A DNA stretch of 64,000 nt from an uncultured bacterium (GTDB lineage: Bacteria; Planctomycetota; UBA1135; GCA-002686595): assembly GCA_943787795.1 (NCBI GenBank), contig CALSNU010000004.1:192001-256000 (forward strand), read 5' to 3'. The notes beneath the pieces are model-generated. The model saw only the letters and a program-made list of their open reading frames with translations. It was not told the origin of the DNA and ran no database searches. The position numbers and the translations under genes were made by a program. Of this stretch, positions 8,730 through 17,596 are shown one piece after another (positions within the stretch are counted from its first letter, which is position 1; each line of letters opens with the position of its first letter).

Positions 8730-10130
8730 TCAGACCGTCCGCCTCGGTCCGCTGAGGCTCTGCTCGATCTCTGCCCGGCGCGCCTCGTAGCCGCTGCGCC
8801 CCATCAACGCGTAGGCCGCCACCTTGCCGGCCTCGACGCCAGGCTGATCGAAGGCGTCCACGCCGTAGTGCTCGCCCATCACGGCGACGGCGAGCTCCAT
8901 CAAGTAGAGATACTGCCCAACGTGGTGCGCCGTGACCGCGGGGAACGAGACCGTGACGTTCGGCCTCTGCGCCTCGGTCAGGGCGATGCGGGTTCCATCA
9001 CGCTCGGCGGCGAAGAGCTCGTTCATCGTGCGGCCGCCCAGGTAAGCGAGCGCGTCCTGCTCCTGGAAGGCCGCGGGGATCTCGACGGTGTGGTCCGGCC
9101 GATCGACGGAGAGGAGCGTGAACCACTTGTCGTGCGGTCCCTCCACGTACAGCTGGACCTGGCTGTGTTGATCCGTGACGCCAATGGCGGAGACGGGCGT
9201 CGGGCCCGCGAAGACCTCCTCCCCATCCCTGGAGAGCCGCTTGCCAATCGACTCCGCCAGGAGCTGCGCGTACCAGTCCCCCACGCAGGCGAGCCGCTGG
9301 CTGTAGGAGAAGGTCACCGACATCGGGTTCCCCTTCTCCTGCTGCATCAGGTACTGGATCGCGGCGTAGATGAGCGCCGGGTTCTCCATGAGCGGAGCCT
9401 CCTTGCAGCGCTCGTCCATGTCCGCCGCGCCGGCCAGGAGGCCGGGCACGTCGATGCCAATCAGCGCGCTGGAGACCAGCCCCACCGGAGACAGCACGCT
9501 GAAGCGGCCCCCCACCCCATCGGGCACGATGAAGGACCGGTATCCCTCGGACTCGACGATCGGGCGCAGGACCCCCTTCTCGGCGTCGGTGGTCACCACC
9601 ATGTGACGGCGGTGCCCCTCTTCCCCAAGCGCCTGGATCAACCGATCACGGAGCACCAGGAACTGGCTCATGGTCTCCGCCGTGGACCCAGACTTGGAGA
9701 TCACGTTGAAGAGGCAGGTCGTGGGGTCGACGGTGTCGAGGAACTCGCCGACCAGATCGGGGTCCACGTTGTCGAGGACGTAGAGCCGGGGCATCCCCGC
9801 CGGCGGCTGAATGTCGTGGAAGGGGCTGGAGAGCGCCCGGTGCAGGGCCCGGTTGCCCAGGGCCGAGCCGCCGATGCCGAGGACGACCACGTTCTCGAAC
9901 TGCCCCTGCACGGAGGCCGCGTAGTCCATCACGTCCTGCTGGACCTCGGCCTGGTGCGGCAGGTCCAGCCACCGGAGGTCCCGACCGCGACGGGCCTGGA
10001 CCGAGGCGAGCGCAGCGGCGGAGCGCTCGGAGAGAGCCTCGATGGACGAGAGTTCGAGGCCGTGCTCGGCGCCGATGGCGTCGGAGAGGACGTTGGTGTA
10101 GTCGAGAGTGAGGCGGTCCAAGGGGGTCAC
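8730..10130 (-). CDS. pgi: Glucose-6-phosphate isomerase
   Basis: GIGGSALG, ISKSGSTAET, VGGRFSVLS, QLLAESIGK, DQHSQVQL, FDQPGVEAGK. Start estimated at GTG 10130. Confidence 0.95.
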   Translation of the reverse strand: MTPLDRLTLDYTNVLSDAIGAEHGLELSSIEALSERSAAALASVQARRGRDLRWLDLPHQAEVQQDVMDYAASVQGQFENVVVLGIGGSALGNRALHRALSSPFHDIQPPAGMPRLYVLDNVDPDLVGEFLDTVDPTTCLFNVISKSGSTAETMSQFLVLRDRLIQALGEEGHRRHMVVTTDAEKGVLRPIVESEGYRSFIVPDGVGGRFSVLSPVGLVSSALIGIDVPGLLAGAADMDERCKEAPLMENPALIYAAIQYLMQQEKGNPMSVTFSYSQRLACVGDWYAQLLAESIGKRLSRDGEEVFAGPTPVSAIGVTDQHSQVQLYVEGPHDKWFTLLSVDRPDHTVEIPAAFQEQDALAYLGGRTMNELFAAERDGTRIALTEAQRPNVTVSFPAVTAHHVGQYLYLMELAVAVMGEHYGVDAFDQPGVEAGKVAAYALMGRSGYEARRAEIEQSLSGPRRTV

Positions 10131-10276
10131 CTGGGGGCTGAGCGGCGGGGAGTGAGCCCGAGAGGGTACCCGCGCGCCGCGCGCCGGGGGAGCCCTGGCC
10201 GCGTCGAGGGCCTCGAGGCGCGAGGCGCCCTCCACCACGTGCCCTCAGGGCGCCTCCTGGACGCCCTTGAGGCGCC

Positions 10277-10978
10277 TCAGCCGTCCCTTTGGGATCCGAG
10301 AAGGAGCGACGCGTAGTACATGAGCGTCGCCACCGCGGTGATCGCTCCCGCCACGTACGTCATGGCCGCCGCGCCGAGGACCCGGTCGACCCCGTGGCGC
10401 TCCGCGTCGGTGCGGGCGATACCGGCCTCTGCCAGCACGAGCTTGGCGCGATTGGAAGCATCAAACTCCACCGGCAAGGTCACCAGCTGGAACAGGACGG
10501 TCACCGAGAGCAGCCCGATCCCAACCAGCATCAAGAGGCCGCCAAGGGGGGTCGCCTGCATGAAGAGGCCGATGAGGATCGGCAGGATCCAGAAGCGGGA
10601 GCCGAACTGCACGGCGGGAACCAGAGCGCTCCTCATGCCCAGCCATGGATACCCCTTGGCGTCCTGGATCGCGTGTCCAGCTTCGTGGGCTCCCACCGCG
10701 ATGGCGGACACGGAACGGCCGTCGTAGACCTCGGGGGAGAGCCTCAGCGTCTTGGTCCGAGGGTCGTAGTGGTCCGAGAGGAAGCCGCCCACCCGCTCGA
10801 TGGTCACCACGGCGCCCCCCGCCCGTGCCACTGCGGCCGCGGCCTGAGCGCCGGACATCCCGCTACTCACGCCGACCTGGGCGTACTGGGCGAAGGTGGA
10901 CTTGACCCTCGAGCTGGCCCAGAAGCCAAGCAGCAGGCACGGACCGAGGAAGAGCCAGTAGGTGGGATCGAAGAACAT
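10277..10978 (-). CDS. Membrane zinc metallopeptidase (YugP/Zn_peptidase_2 family)
   Basis: LSDHYDP, AHEAGHAIQD, LVTLPVEFDASNRA, AAAMTYVA. Confidence 0.92.
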   Translation of the reverse strand: MFFDPTYWLFLGPCLLLGFWASSRVKSTFAQYAQVGVSSGMSGAQAAAAVARAGGAVVTIERVGGFLSDHYDPRTKTLRLSPEVYDGRSVSAIAVGAHEAGHAIQDAKGYPWLGMRSALVPAVQFGSRFWILPILIGLFMQATPLGGLLMLVGIGLLSVTVLFQLVTLPVEFDASNRAKLVLAEAGIARTDAERHGVDRVLGAAAMTYVAGAITAVATLMYYASLLLGSQRDG

Positions 10979-11096
10979 TGGTGGTGAGGGGAGCCGGCTC
11001 CCCGGGTCCCCTTATAGGTCGGAGCCCGGTTGGGATTCCAGCGGCGCAGACGAGAGGCGCCGCACGGCGCCGCGGAGGGCCTACAATCCAGCTCCA

Positions 11097-12263
11097 ATGC
11101 CTCTCCACTTCGACTGCAACGCCACCACGGCGGCCTCCGAGCCGGTGATCGAGGCCATGCTCCCCTGGCTCGGCCGCCCGGGCGCCAACCCGTCCGCGGC
11201 CCACGGGGCCGGACGAGAGGCTGCGCGTGCCATGCGGCGCGGCCGAGAGGCGGTGGCCGCCCTGATTGGCGCGAGGTCCCCGTCCTCTGTGGTCTTCACC
11301 TCGTGCGGTTCAGAGAGCACCTCGCTGGCCTTCCATAGCTCAACGGCGGCGAACCCGGGTCGCTCCAACGTCATCTCGACCGTGGAGCACAGCGCGACGC
11401 GCAAGTGTGCGGAGCGCGCGGGGCCCGTGGTCGAGGTCGCCGTCGATCGCGCGGGCGCCCTCGACCAAGGAGCGGCACTCGAGGCCATCGCCCGAGGCCC
11501 CGCCATGGTCTCGTTGATCCTCCTCAACAACGAGACCGGCGTGATCAGCGACCTGGGCCCCATCGGCGCCGCTTGCCGGCAGCACGGAGTGCTGTTCCAC
11601 GTGGACGCCGTGCAGGCGCCCGGAAAGATCGCCATCGACGTCGAGCAGCTGGGCTGTGACTACCTCAGCCTCTCGGCCCACAAGTTCCACGGGCCGCGCG
11701 GGATCGGCGCGCTCTACGTACGTGAAGGCGCGCCCGTCTCCCCGCTCCTGGCGGGCGGCCCCCAGGAGGATGGGCGCCGCGCCGGCACGGAGAACGTCCC
11801 GGGCATCGTCGGCATGGGAGTCGCCGCGGAGCGCGCCGCGGAGCTCGCGGCCTCCCCGGAGGCGCAGGCGGAGATCGCGGGACGACGGGACCTGCTCGAG
11901 CGCCTGGTCCTGGAGCGTTGCCCCGGGACCGTCGTACACGGTGACCCGGCCCGCCGCGCGGCCAACACCACCAACCTGGGCTTCGACCTCGACGGCACAG
12001 GGCTCGACGCCGCCGCGATGCTGGGCCTGCTCAATGCCCAGGGGATCGAGGTCAGCACGGGGTCGGCGTGCAACGCGACTCAGGCCGCGCCGTCGCCGGT
12101 CTTGCTCGCCATGGGTACCGGGGAGGCTCTCGCGGCGTCATCGCTCCGCTTCTCACTGGCTCACCGGGAGACACCCGACAGCTCGACGCAAGGTGAGATC
12201 GAGGTCGGCGCAGCAGCCGTCAGCGAGGCCTACGCGTCCCTCACGTTGCTCGCCACGGACTGA
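11097..12263 (+). CDS. Cysteine desulfurase (IscS/NifS class V PLP enzyme)
   Basis: FDCNATT, FTSCGSES, NNETG, HVDAVQ, SAHKFHGP (PLP lysine), RAGTEN, STGSAC (catalytic cysteine). Confidence 0.92.
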   Translation: MPLHFDCNATTAASEPVIEAMLPWLGRPGANPSAAHGAGREAARAMRRGREAVAALIGARSPSSVVFTSCGSESTSLAFHSSTAANPGRSNVISTVEHSATRKCAERAGPVVEVAVDRAGALDQGAALEAIARGPAMVSLILLNNETGVISDLGPIGAACRQHGVLFHVDAVQAPGKIAIDVEQLGCDYLSLSAHKFHGPRGIGALYVREGAPVSPLLAGGPQEDGRRAGTENVPGIVGMGVAAERAAELAASPEAQAEIAGRRDLLERLVLERCPGTVVHGDPARRAANTTNLGFDLDGTGLDAAAMLGLLNAQGIEVSTGSACNATQAAPSPVLLAMGTGEALAASSLRFSLAHRETPDSSTQGEIEVGAAAVSEAYASLTLLATD

Positions 12264-12357
12264 TCCGTCGGCCTTGAATACGAATCGGAAGACGGAATCC
12301 GATCGGAGTGACAAGCACGGGTACTCTTCCGACCGATAGCGCCTCTGGAGCTGGACC

Positions 12358-12903
12358 ATGCCCTCCCCCAAGAAGACCTATAAGACCACCGTTTCAGGCT
12401 TCCTTGCCCCGCGCCACGTCGTCAGCGACGAGGAGGGCAAGGAGGTGGGCACCCTGCAGGTGTCCCGGAATCGGATCGGGCTGATCGTGGGCGCTACCTG
12501 GCGCCCGCTGAAAGGGGAGGTCGTCGAGATCCGACGGGACCCCGGCCTGCTCCGCGCCCAGTTCGCCTGCTGGACTGAGGCACGCGAGTGGCTTGGCTCC
12601 ACGATCCGTCCAGGATTCATGCGGCGGACGATCGAGATGTGGACCGGGGGCAAGCCGCTGCGGCTGGTCCCCACCCTCGGCCTAGGCCGCGGATGGCGCG
12701 TCGTGGGCACCAAGTCCGGCCTGGTGGCCGAGGCGAAGCACGGCCTCCTGAGCCGCAGCGCCACCCTCTGCACGTATCGCAAGATCGATCTGGAACTGCT
12801 GATCTTCGCCTACTTCATCGGCGGGATCGCGCTCTGGGAGAGCGCCCTCCCCACCTCGCTCGAGTCCGTCGACCGGGCAGCTCCGGCCACCGCGCGGGGC
12901 TGA
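12358..12903 (+). CDS. Hypothetical protein (possible LURP-one/tubby-C-like beta fold)
   Basis: Coding-like GC3 bias; beta-rich body ending in a hydrophobic helix (ELLIFAYFIG). Confidence 0.6.
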   Translation: MPSPKKTYKTTVSGFLAPRHVVSDEEGKEVGTLQVSRNRIGLIVGATWRPLKGEVVEIRRDPGLLRAQFACWTEAREWLGSTIRPGFMRRTIEMWTGGKPLRLVPTLGLGRGWRVVGTKSGLVAEAKHGLLSRSATLCTYRKIDLELLIFAYFIGGIALWESALPTSLESVDRAAPATARG

Positions 12904-13224
12904 TCCGGTCGCGAGAGCGAGGATTGACGGGCCGCGGCAGCCCGCTGGATCGCATTACTGAAGCCCTCACTGGCCTCCGATTGAGGTCCGCCGCCGCGCC
13001 CGCTGCAGGCCCCCTCGCCAGGACCTCGGCCGGCCCCGCCATCCCGGCCCCACGCTCGTCTGGCCAGACCGAGTCCAAACGGGCTCGACCTGGCCCCCGC
13101 GCTCCACGGGGCCTCTGCGGCGCAGGGCTTCCTGCGGCGCCGTGACGCCGCGTTGCGCCACCATCGAGCCCCGCGTCCGGGCCCCAGCGGCCCCCCCATG
13201 GCCCCCACCGAGCCTCCCAAGCGG

Positions 13225-13265
13225 CCTCCGCCGGGTCCTCCGCCGGGTCCTCCGCCGGGTCCTCC
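13225..13265. repeat. 12-bp tandem repeat (CCTCCGCCGGGT x3.4), intergenic
   Basis: Read directly. Confidence 0.9.
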
Positions 13266-13528
13266 CGGGGAATGAGACCCTAGGAAGCTGGATGTGACCC
13301 AGAAAATGTCGCCCGTCCCTCGCCTGCCGATCTCATCTGCGAGGGGCCAGATGGCCGATAGGTGCGCCAGAGGCTGATCCGGCCCACAACGCACCCCCGC
13401 CCACTGACGACGTCCCACGAACATTCTTCGGGGACGGGGGAAGAACCCCCGCAGCCCAGCGTCGATCCCCTCCAGGGCCGGGCTCACGGGCACAGCCCCC
13501 GGCCACCCACTCCCTCCGACCCGCTCCC

Positions 13529-15520
13529 ATGAAGTTTCTCATCGCTCTCATCGTCCTCGCGCTTCTCGCTGTGGGCGTGTTCTTGACCGTCACCCCCGTG
13601 GCCACCGAGCCCACGGAAGGCGGCACGGCCAGCAGCTATGTCGTCGAGCAGAACACCTCGTCGGGCCAGGACGAGGCCTCCGACGGCCTCGTTGGCGTTG
13701 GAGGGGCGGGCAACCGCGAGGTCGGCGACGTCGGAACGGTGAGCGCCTCGCTCGCCAGCGAAGGCCTCGCCGCCGTGGCTCTGGGCACCGGCATCCTCCG
13801 CGGGTCGGTCGTCGACCCTGAGGGCAAGCCGCTCGCCGGCGCCGAGGTCACGCTCACTCGTTTTGGCTCGGAGTCGTTCTTCCTGACCGATCCTGACCCC
13901 TCGAACGACCTCAAGACGCTGACCGGAGCCGGCGGGAAGTTCGAGTTCGACGGCGTCCCGGTCTTCGGCGACTACGCCCTCATCGCTCGGATGGAGACAT
14001 TCACTCGGACCGAGGTCCCGTCCATCGTGGTCCAGGATGGCAGCGTCACCGAGGTCCCCCCCATCAAGCTGGGCACCGGAGTGCTGGTGCGCGGTCGGGT
14101 CACCGACTCCGGGGGCAACTTCGTCGCCGGCGCCAAGCTCGTCCTCTCGCAGAGCGTCTTCAACGTGCGGCGCGCCGCAGACGCAGGCCCCCGCGATGGC
14201 GCCATGGAGGTCGAGTCCGACGAGGAAGGGCTGTACAAGTTCAGCAACGTCGCGCCGGGCCAGAACTACTCCATGCGCGTGGCCGCTGACGGCTACGGCT
14301 CGATCATCAAGCTCGGGATCCCCGTCCTGGACGGTGAGGACACCGAGCGTGACTTTGTCCTCGAAGTGGCCTCGCTCATCGCGGGCATGGTGGTCGCCGC
14401 CGATACCGGTGAGCCGATCCCCGGGGTGACGGTCGAGGCGTACTCGGTCAACAACGTCGAGGCCCGCTCGGCCACGTCTGCGACGTCGACCGAGACCGGT
14501 GACTTCGAGATTGGGGACATCAACCCCGGGCCGTACCAGCTCGTCGCGCGCCACCCGCGATACAAGGCCGAGGCTCGGACTCGAGTGGACTCCGGCGAGA
14601 TGGACGTGTCCATCGCGCTCCAGCCCCTGCCGGTTGTCTCTGGCCAGGTCCTGGACCTCTCCAGCGGGAAGGCCGTGAACAGCTTCGAGGTGCAGCTGCG
14701 CCAGTCCATCGCCAACAGCGAGGGCCTCTCGTCGGCCGTACCGGGCACGCGCGCGCGCTTCCAAGATACAGGCGGCCAGTTCGAGATCCTCGTCCCGAAG
14801 GCGGGCGAGTACATGGTCGAGGCCATCGCCTCTGGTTACGCCGAGACCAACTCGGAGCCGTTCCAGGTGCAGCCGGCGACGAACTTCTCTGGCGTTGTCG
14901 TTCGGATGACCCGTGGCGGGACCATCGTCGGCAGGGTGCTTGGGGATGGCGGTCAGCCGCTGCAAGGTGCGGTCATCGAGACCCGCGACAAGGAGTGGTC
15001 CGACGACCTCTTCTGGCAATCGCTGGGGGCAGCAGCCCCTGGGAACGCCACGGAGACGACGGCGAAGAGCGGCGCGGACGGCACCTTCAGCGTCGCGGCG
15101 CTGACGCCTGCCAACTACCAGCTCGTCGTCCGGCATCGTGATTACGCGGTCAAGTATGTGAAGGACTTGATCGTCGCCGAGGGGCAGGAGTTCAAGGCCG
15201 CGGACATCCAACTGGCCAAGGGCGCTGTGGTCTCCGGCATGGTCCTGGGCGCGGGCGGATCGCCGATGGCGGGCGCTATCGTCAAGATGTACCCCACCTC
15301 CGCGGGCGGCAGTCAGCACTCGGCATCCACCAACCCGCAGGGCGGCTTCTCCGTGAAGAACATCCGCGCTGGCTCCTACAAGATCCACGCGACGCGGGCA
15401 CGAAAGGGCGGCGAGAGCCCGTTCCAGGAGAACAGCGACCTCAAGCGCACCCAGCGGACCATCACCGTGCAGGACGGGCAGGTCCTGTCTGGGCTGGACT
15501 TCAAGCTCGCTGATCGCTGA
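13529..15520 (+). CDS. Secreted protein with multiple carboxypeptidase-regulatory-like (CarboxypepD_reg) domains
   Basis: Signal/anchor MKFLIALIVLALL; repeated G-x-V-x-D-x-x-G-x-P-x-x-GA-x-V modules. Confidence 0.85.
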   Translation: MKFLIALIVLALLAVGVFLTVTPVATEPTEGGTASSYVVEQNTSSGQDEASDGLVGVGGAGNREVGDVGTVSASLASEGLAAVALGTGILRGSVVDPEGKPLAGAEVTLTRFGSESFFLTDPDPSNDLKTLTGAGGKFEFDGVPVFGDYALIARMETFTRTEVPSIVVQDGSVTEVPPIKLGTGVLVRGRVTDSGGNFVAGAKLVLSQSVFNVRRAADAGPRDGAMEVESDEEGLYKFSNVAPGQNYSMRVAADGYGSIIKLGIPVLDGEDTERDFVLEVASLIAGMVVAADTGEPIPGVTVEAYSVNNVEARSATSATSTETGDFEIGDINPGPYQLVARHPRYKAEARTRVDSGEMDVSIALQPLPVVSGQVLDLSSGKAVNSFEVQLRQSIANSEGLSSAVPGTRARFQDTGGQFEILVPKAGEYMVEAIASGYAETNSEPFQVQPATNFSGVVVRMTRGGTIVGRVLGDGGQPLQGAVIETRDKEWSDDLFWQSLGAAAPGNATETTAKSGADGTFSVAALTPANYQLVVRHRDYAVKYVKDLIVAEGQEFKAADIQLAKGAVVSGMVLGAGGSPMAGAIVKMYPTSAGGSQHSASTNPQGGFSVKNIRAGSYKIHATRARKGGESPFQENSDLKRTQRTITVQDGQVLSGLDFKLADR

Positions 15521-15697
15521 TCGCTGATCGCCGCAGATCGAGCCCCGTCCGATCCACCGAGGATCCGGGAGGGGGCACGCTCCGGGAGGCCCCCCAGCGC
15601 TCTTTCGCGCCGGGGGGCCTCCCCCATTTGGCCGGATGGGCCAGAGGGGAGGGCCATCGGGGATGCAAGGTGCCAACGGTCCTGCTTCAATAGCGGG

Positions 15698-16609
15698 ATG
15701 CCCGCCGACCGAGGGACCCGATCACGTCGAACGCCGCAGCCTCGCCCCAGCGCGCGGATCGCGGAGCCCGGGTCGTCGCCCCCCGACGCGACGTGCCAGT
15801 GGTCGGAGGAGGACTGGTCTCGGTTCTTGACGGACCGCTTCGAGCTCCCCATCCAGGTCTCCTTTGGACGCTCCCGCTCCGCGCCGGTGCAGGCCCGCGC
15901 CTTCGAGACCCCGGACGGCCAGGCGGGCTGGCAGCTTCGCCTCCACAAGCTGTTCGCCGCTGCGCCTGAGGAGGTCCGGGACGCCCTCGCCAAGTGGCTC
16001 CGTGCCGGCCGAAGGGCGCGCAAGGCTGGACCTGTCCTCGACGAGTGGATCCACGCCGAGATCGCCAGCCTCCCCCGCCGCGCAGCGAAGGTCTCCATCA
16101 CTCCGGTGGGCGAGGCCCACGATCTCGAGCGGCTCGCCCTGCCCTTGATCGTCGGCGAGTTCGCGAATGACTTCCGCCCCAGGGGACCGCACGAGCGCCC
16201 GAGGATCACCTGGGGCCGCCGTGCCCGGAGCAAGTCACGCCGCTCCCTCCGGCTCGGGAGCTTCGAGCCTGAGAGCCGGGTGGTGCGCATTCACCCGGTC
16301 CTCGATCAGAAGGCCGTCCCAGCTTGGTTCGTCACCTTCGTCCTGAAGCACGAGCTGCTCCACTCGGTGACGCCCTCGTATCGCGACGCGGCGGGGCGTT
16401 GGGTCCACCACGGCCCCGAGTTCCAGGCCAGGGAGTCCGCCTGGCCCGAGTATCGCCCCGCCCTGCGCTGGGAGCGGCAGAACCTCCCGCGCCTGATTCG
16501 CTCGGCGCGGCTGGGAAGCGAGTTGCGCGTTCGACCCGCCGACCTCGCGCTGCCGCAGGAGCTCCTCGTGCAGCGCGACGGGATCAGGCAGCACGAGCTG
16601 CCCTTCTGA
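15698..16609 (+). CDS. SprT-like zinc metalloprotease domain protein
   Basis: RLGSF..RIHPVLD..VP.WFV.FVLKHELLH...HGPEF; start uncertain. Confidence 0.75.
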   Translation: MPADRGTRSRRTPQPRPSARIAEPGSSPPDATCQWSEEDWSRFLTDRFELPIQVSFGRSRSAPVQARAFETPDGQAGWQLRLHKLFAAAPEEVRDALAKWLRAGRRARKAGPVLDEWIHAEIASLPRRAAKVSITPVGEAHDLERLALPLIVGEFANDFRPRGPHERPRITWGRRARSKSRRSLRLGSFEPESRVVRIHPVLDQKAVPAWFVTFVLKHELLHSVTPSYRDAAGRWVHHGPEFQARESAWPEYRPALRWERQNLPRLIRSARLGSELRVRPADLALPQELLVQRDGIRQHELPF

Positions 16610-16698
16610 GTCCGCTGCGGCACCGCGGCGCTTCGGGGCCGTATCAAGCTGAAGCTCACCGAGGGGACGCGGCCCACTCGCCCTCAGCGGCGACGGGC

Positions 16699-16750
16699 CA
16701 GGCCGAATGAGCCCAGGCCGAGTTGGCACAGGCCGAGTGGGCTCAGGCCG
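16699..16750. repeat. 15-bp-period repeat (CAGGCCGA core, 3.5 copies) between convergent genes
   Basis: CAGGCCG at 16699, 16714, 16729 and 16744. Confidence 0.85.
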
Positions 16751-16768
16751 GACCGCACCCGCACCGGA

Positions 16769-17506
16769 TCACTTCGTGCGCTGGCCGTAGCCTTCCGCCG
16801 TGTCGGTGATGGCCGCGTCCGTGAGGCAGGTGCCGAGGATATTCCCGCCCAGAGCCTCGATGGTGTTGACCGTCTGCTCGACGTAGTGGCGCGGGGTGTA
16901 GCCGAGGCGAACGACCATGAGCACGCCGTCGGCAATCGCTCCCAACTGACTCGCGTCGGAGATGGTCAGGGCCTGCGGGGTGTCGATCAGCACGTAGCTG
17001 TAGCGCTGCCGGAGCGCGTTGAGCACGGTCTTCATGCGCTCCGAACCGATGAGCTCCGAGGAGTTCTTCGGGCGCGCCCCTGAGCTCATCACCGAGAGCC
17101 CCTTGACCGAGGTCTTGCGGATCGCCGCGCCGATGGCGAGGCTCCCGTTCAGGACCTCCGTCAGCCCCTGCCGGCGAGGGAGCTCGAGGTACCGCTCGAG
17201 GGACGGCTCATGGAGATCCGCGTCCACCACCAGGACCTGGATCCCGGGCAGCTCGCAGAGCGCCAGCGCGAGGTTGAGGCAGGCGACCGACTTGCCCTCG
17301 CCGCTCAGGGCGCTTGTCAGAACCAGGGTGTGCGAGGCACCGTCCGGGTTCATCGCGTGCACCGCGTTTCGGAGGGATCGAAACTGCTCGGCGACCTGGC
17401 TGCGAGGGTTGACGTGGACCGCCAGCTCCTCGCGGCGGATCGGGATCTCACGGGTCTCATCCGCCGGGGACGGCTCAAGCTGGTCGATGTCGTTGGTCGG
17501 GGCCAT
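16769..17506 (-). CDS. CpsD/CapB family bacterial tyrosine (BY) kinase, cytoplasmic domain only
   Basis: AEQFRSLR, Walker A GEGKS, A' VDADL, Walker B VLIDTP. Confidence 0.88.
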   Translation of the reverse strand: MAPTNDIDQLEPSPADETREIPIRREELAVHVNPRSQVAEQFRSLRNAVHAMNPDGASHTLVLTSALSGEGKSVACLNLALALCELPGIQVLVVDADLHEPSLERYLELPRRQGLTEVLNGSLAIGAAIRKTSVKGLSVMSSGARPKNSSELIGSERMKTVLNALRQRYSYVLIDTPQALTISDASQLGAIADGVLMVVRLGYTPRHYVEQTVNTIEALGGNILGTCLTDAAITDTAEGYGQRTK

Positions 17507-17596
17507 GGTGTACGCTCGTTTACTTGATCGACCTGGGTGACGGAAGCGCCGAAGCCGAAACAGCGGCGCCGGGGCGAATATCCGGATTTCCGGGGC

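Noticed and set aside
12904..13528. 625-bp gap as a hidden gene or riboswitch
   Set aside because: Only low-complexity ORFs and a 12-bp repeat are present; no recognisable riboswitch or tRNA motif by eye.
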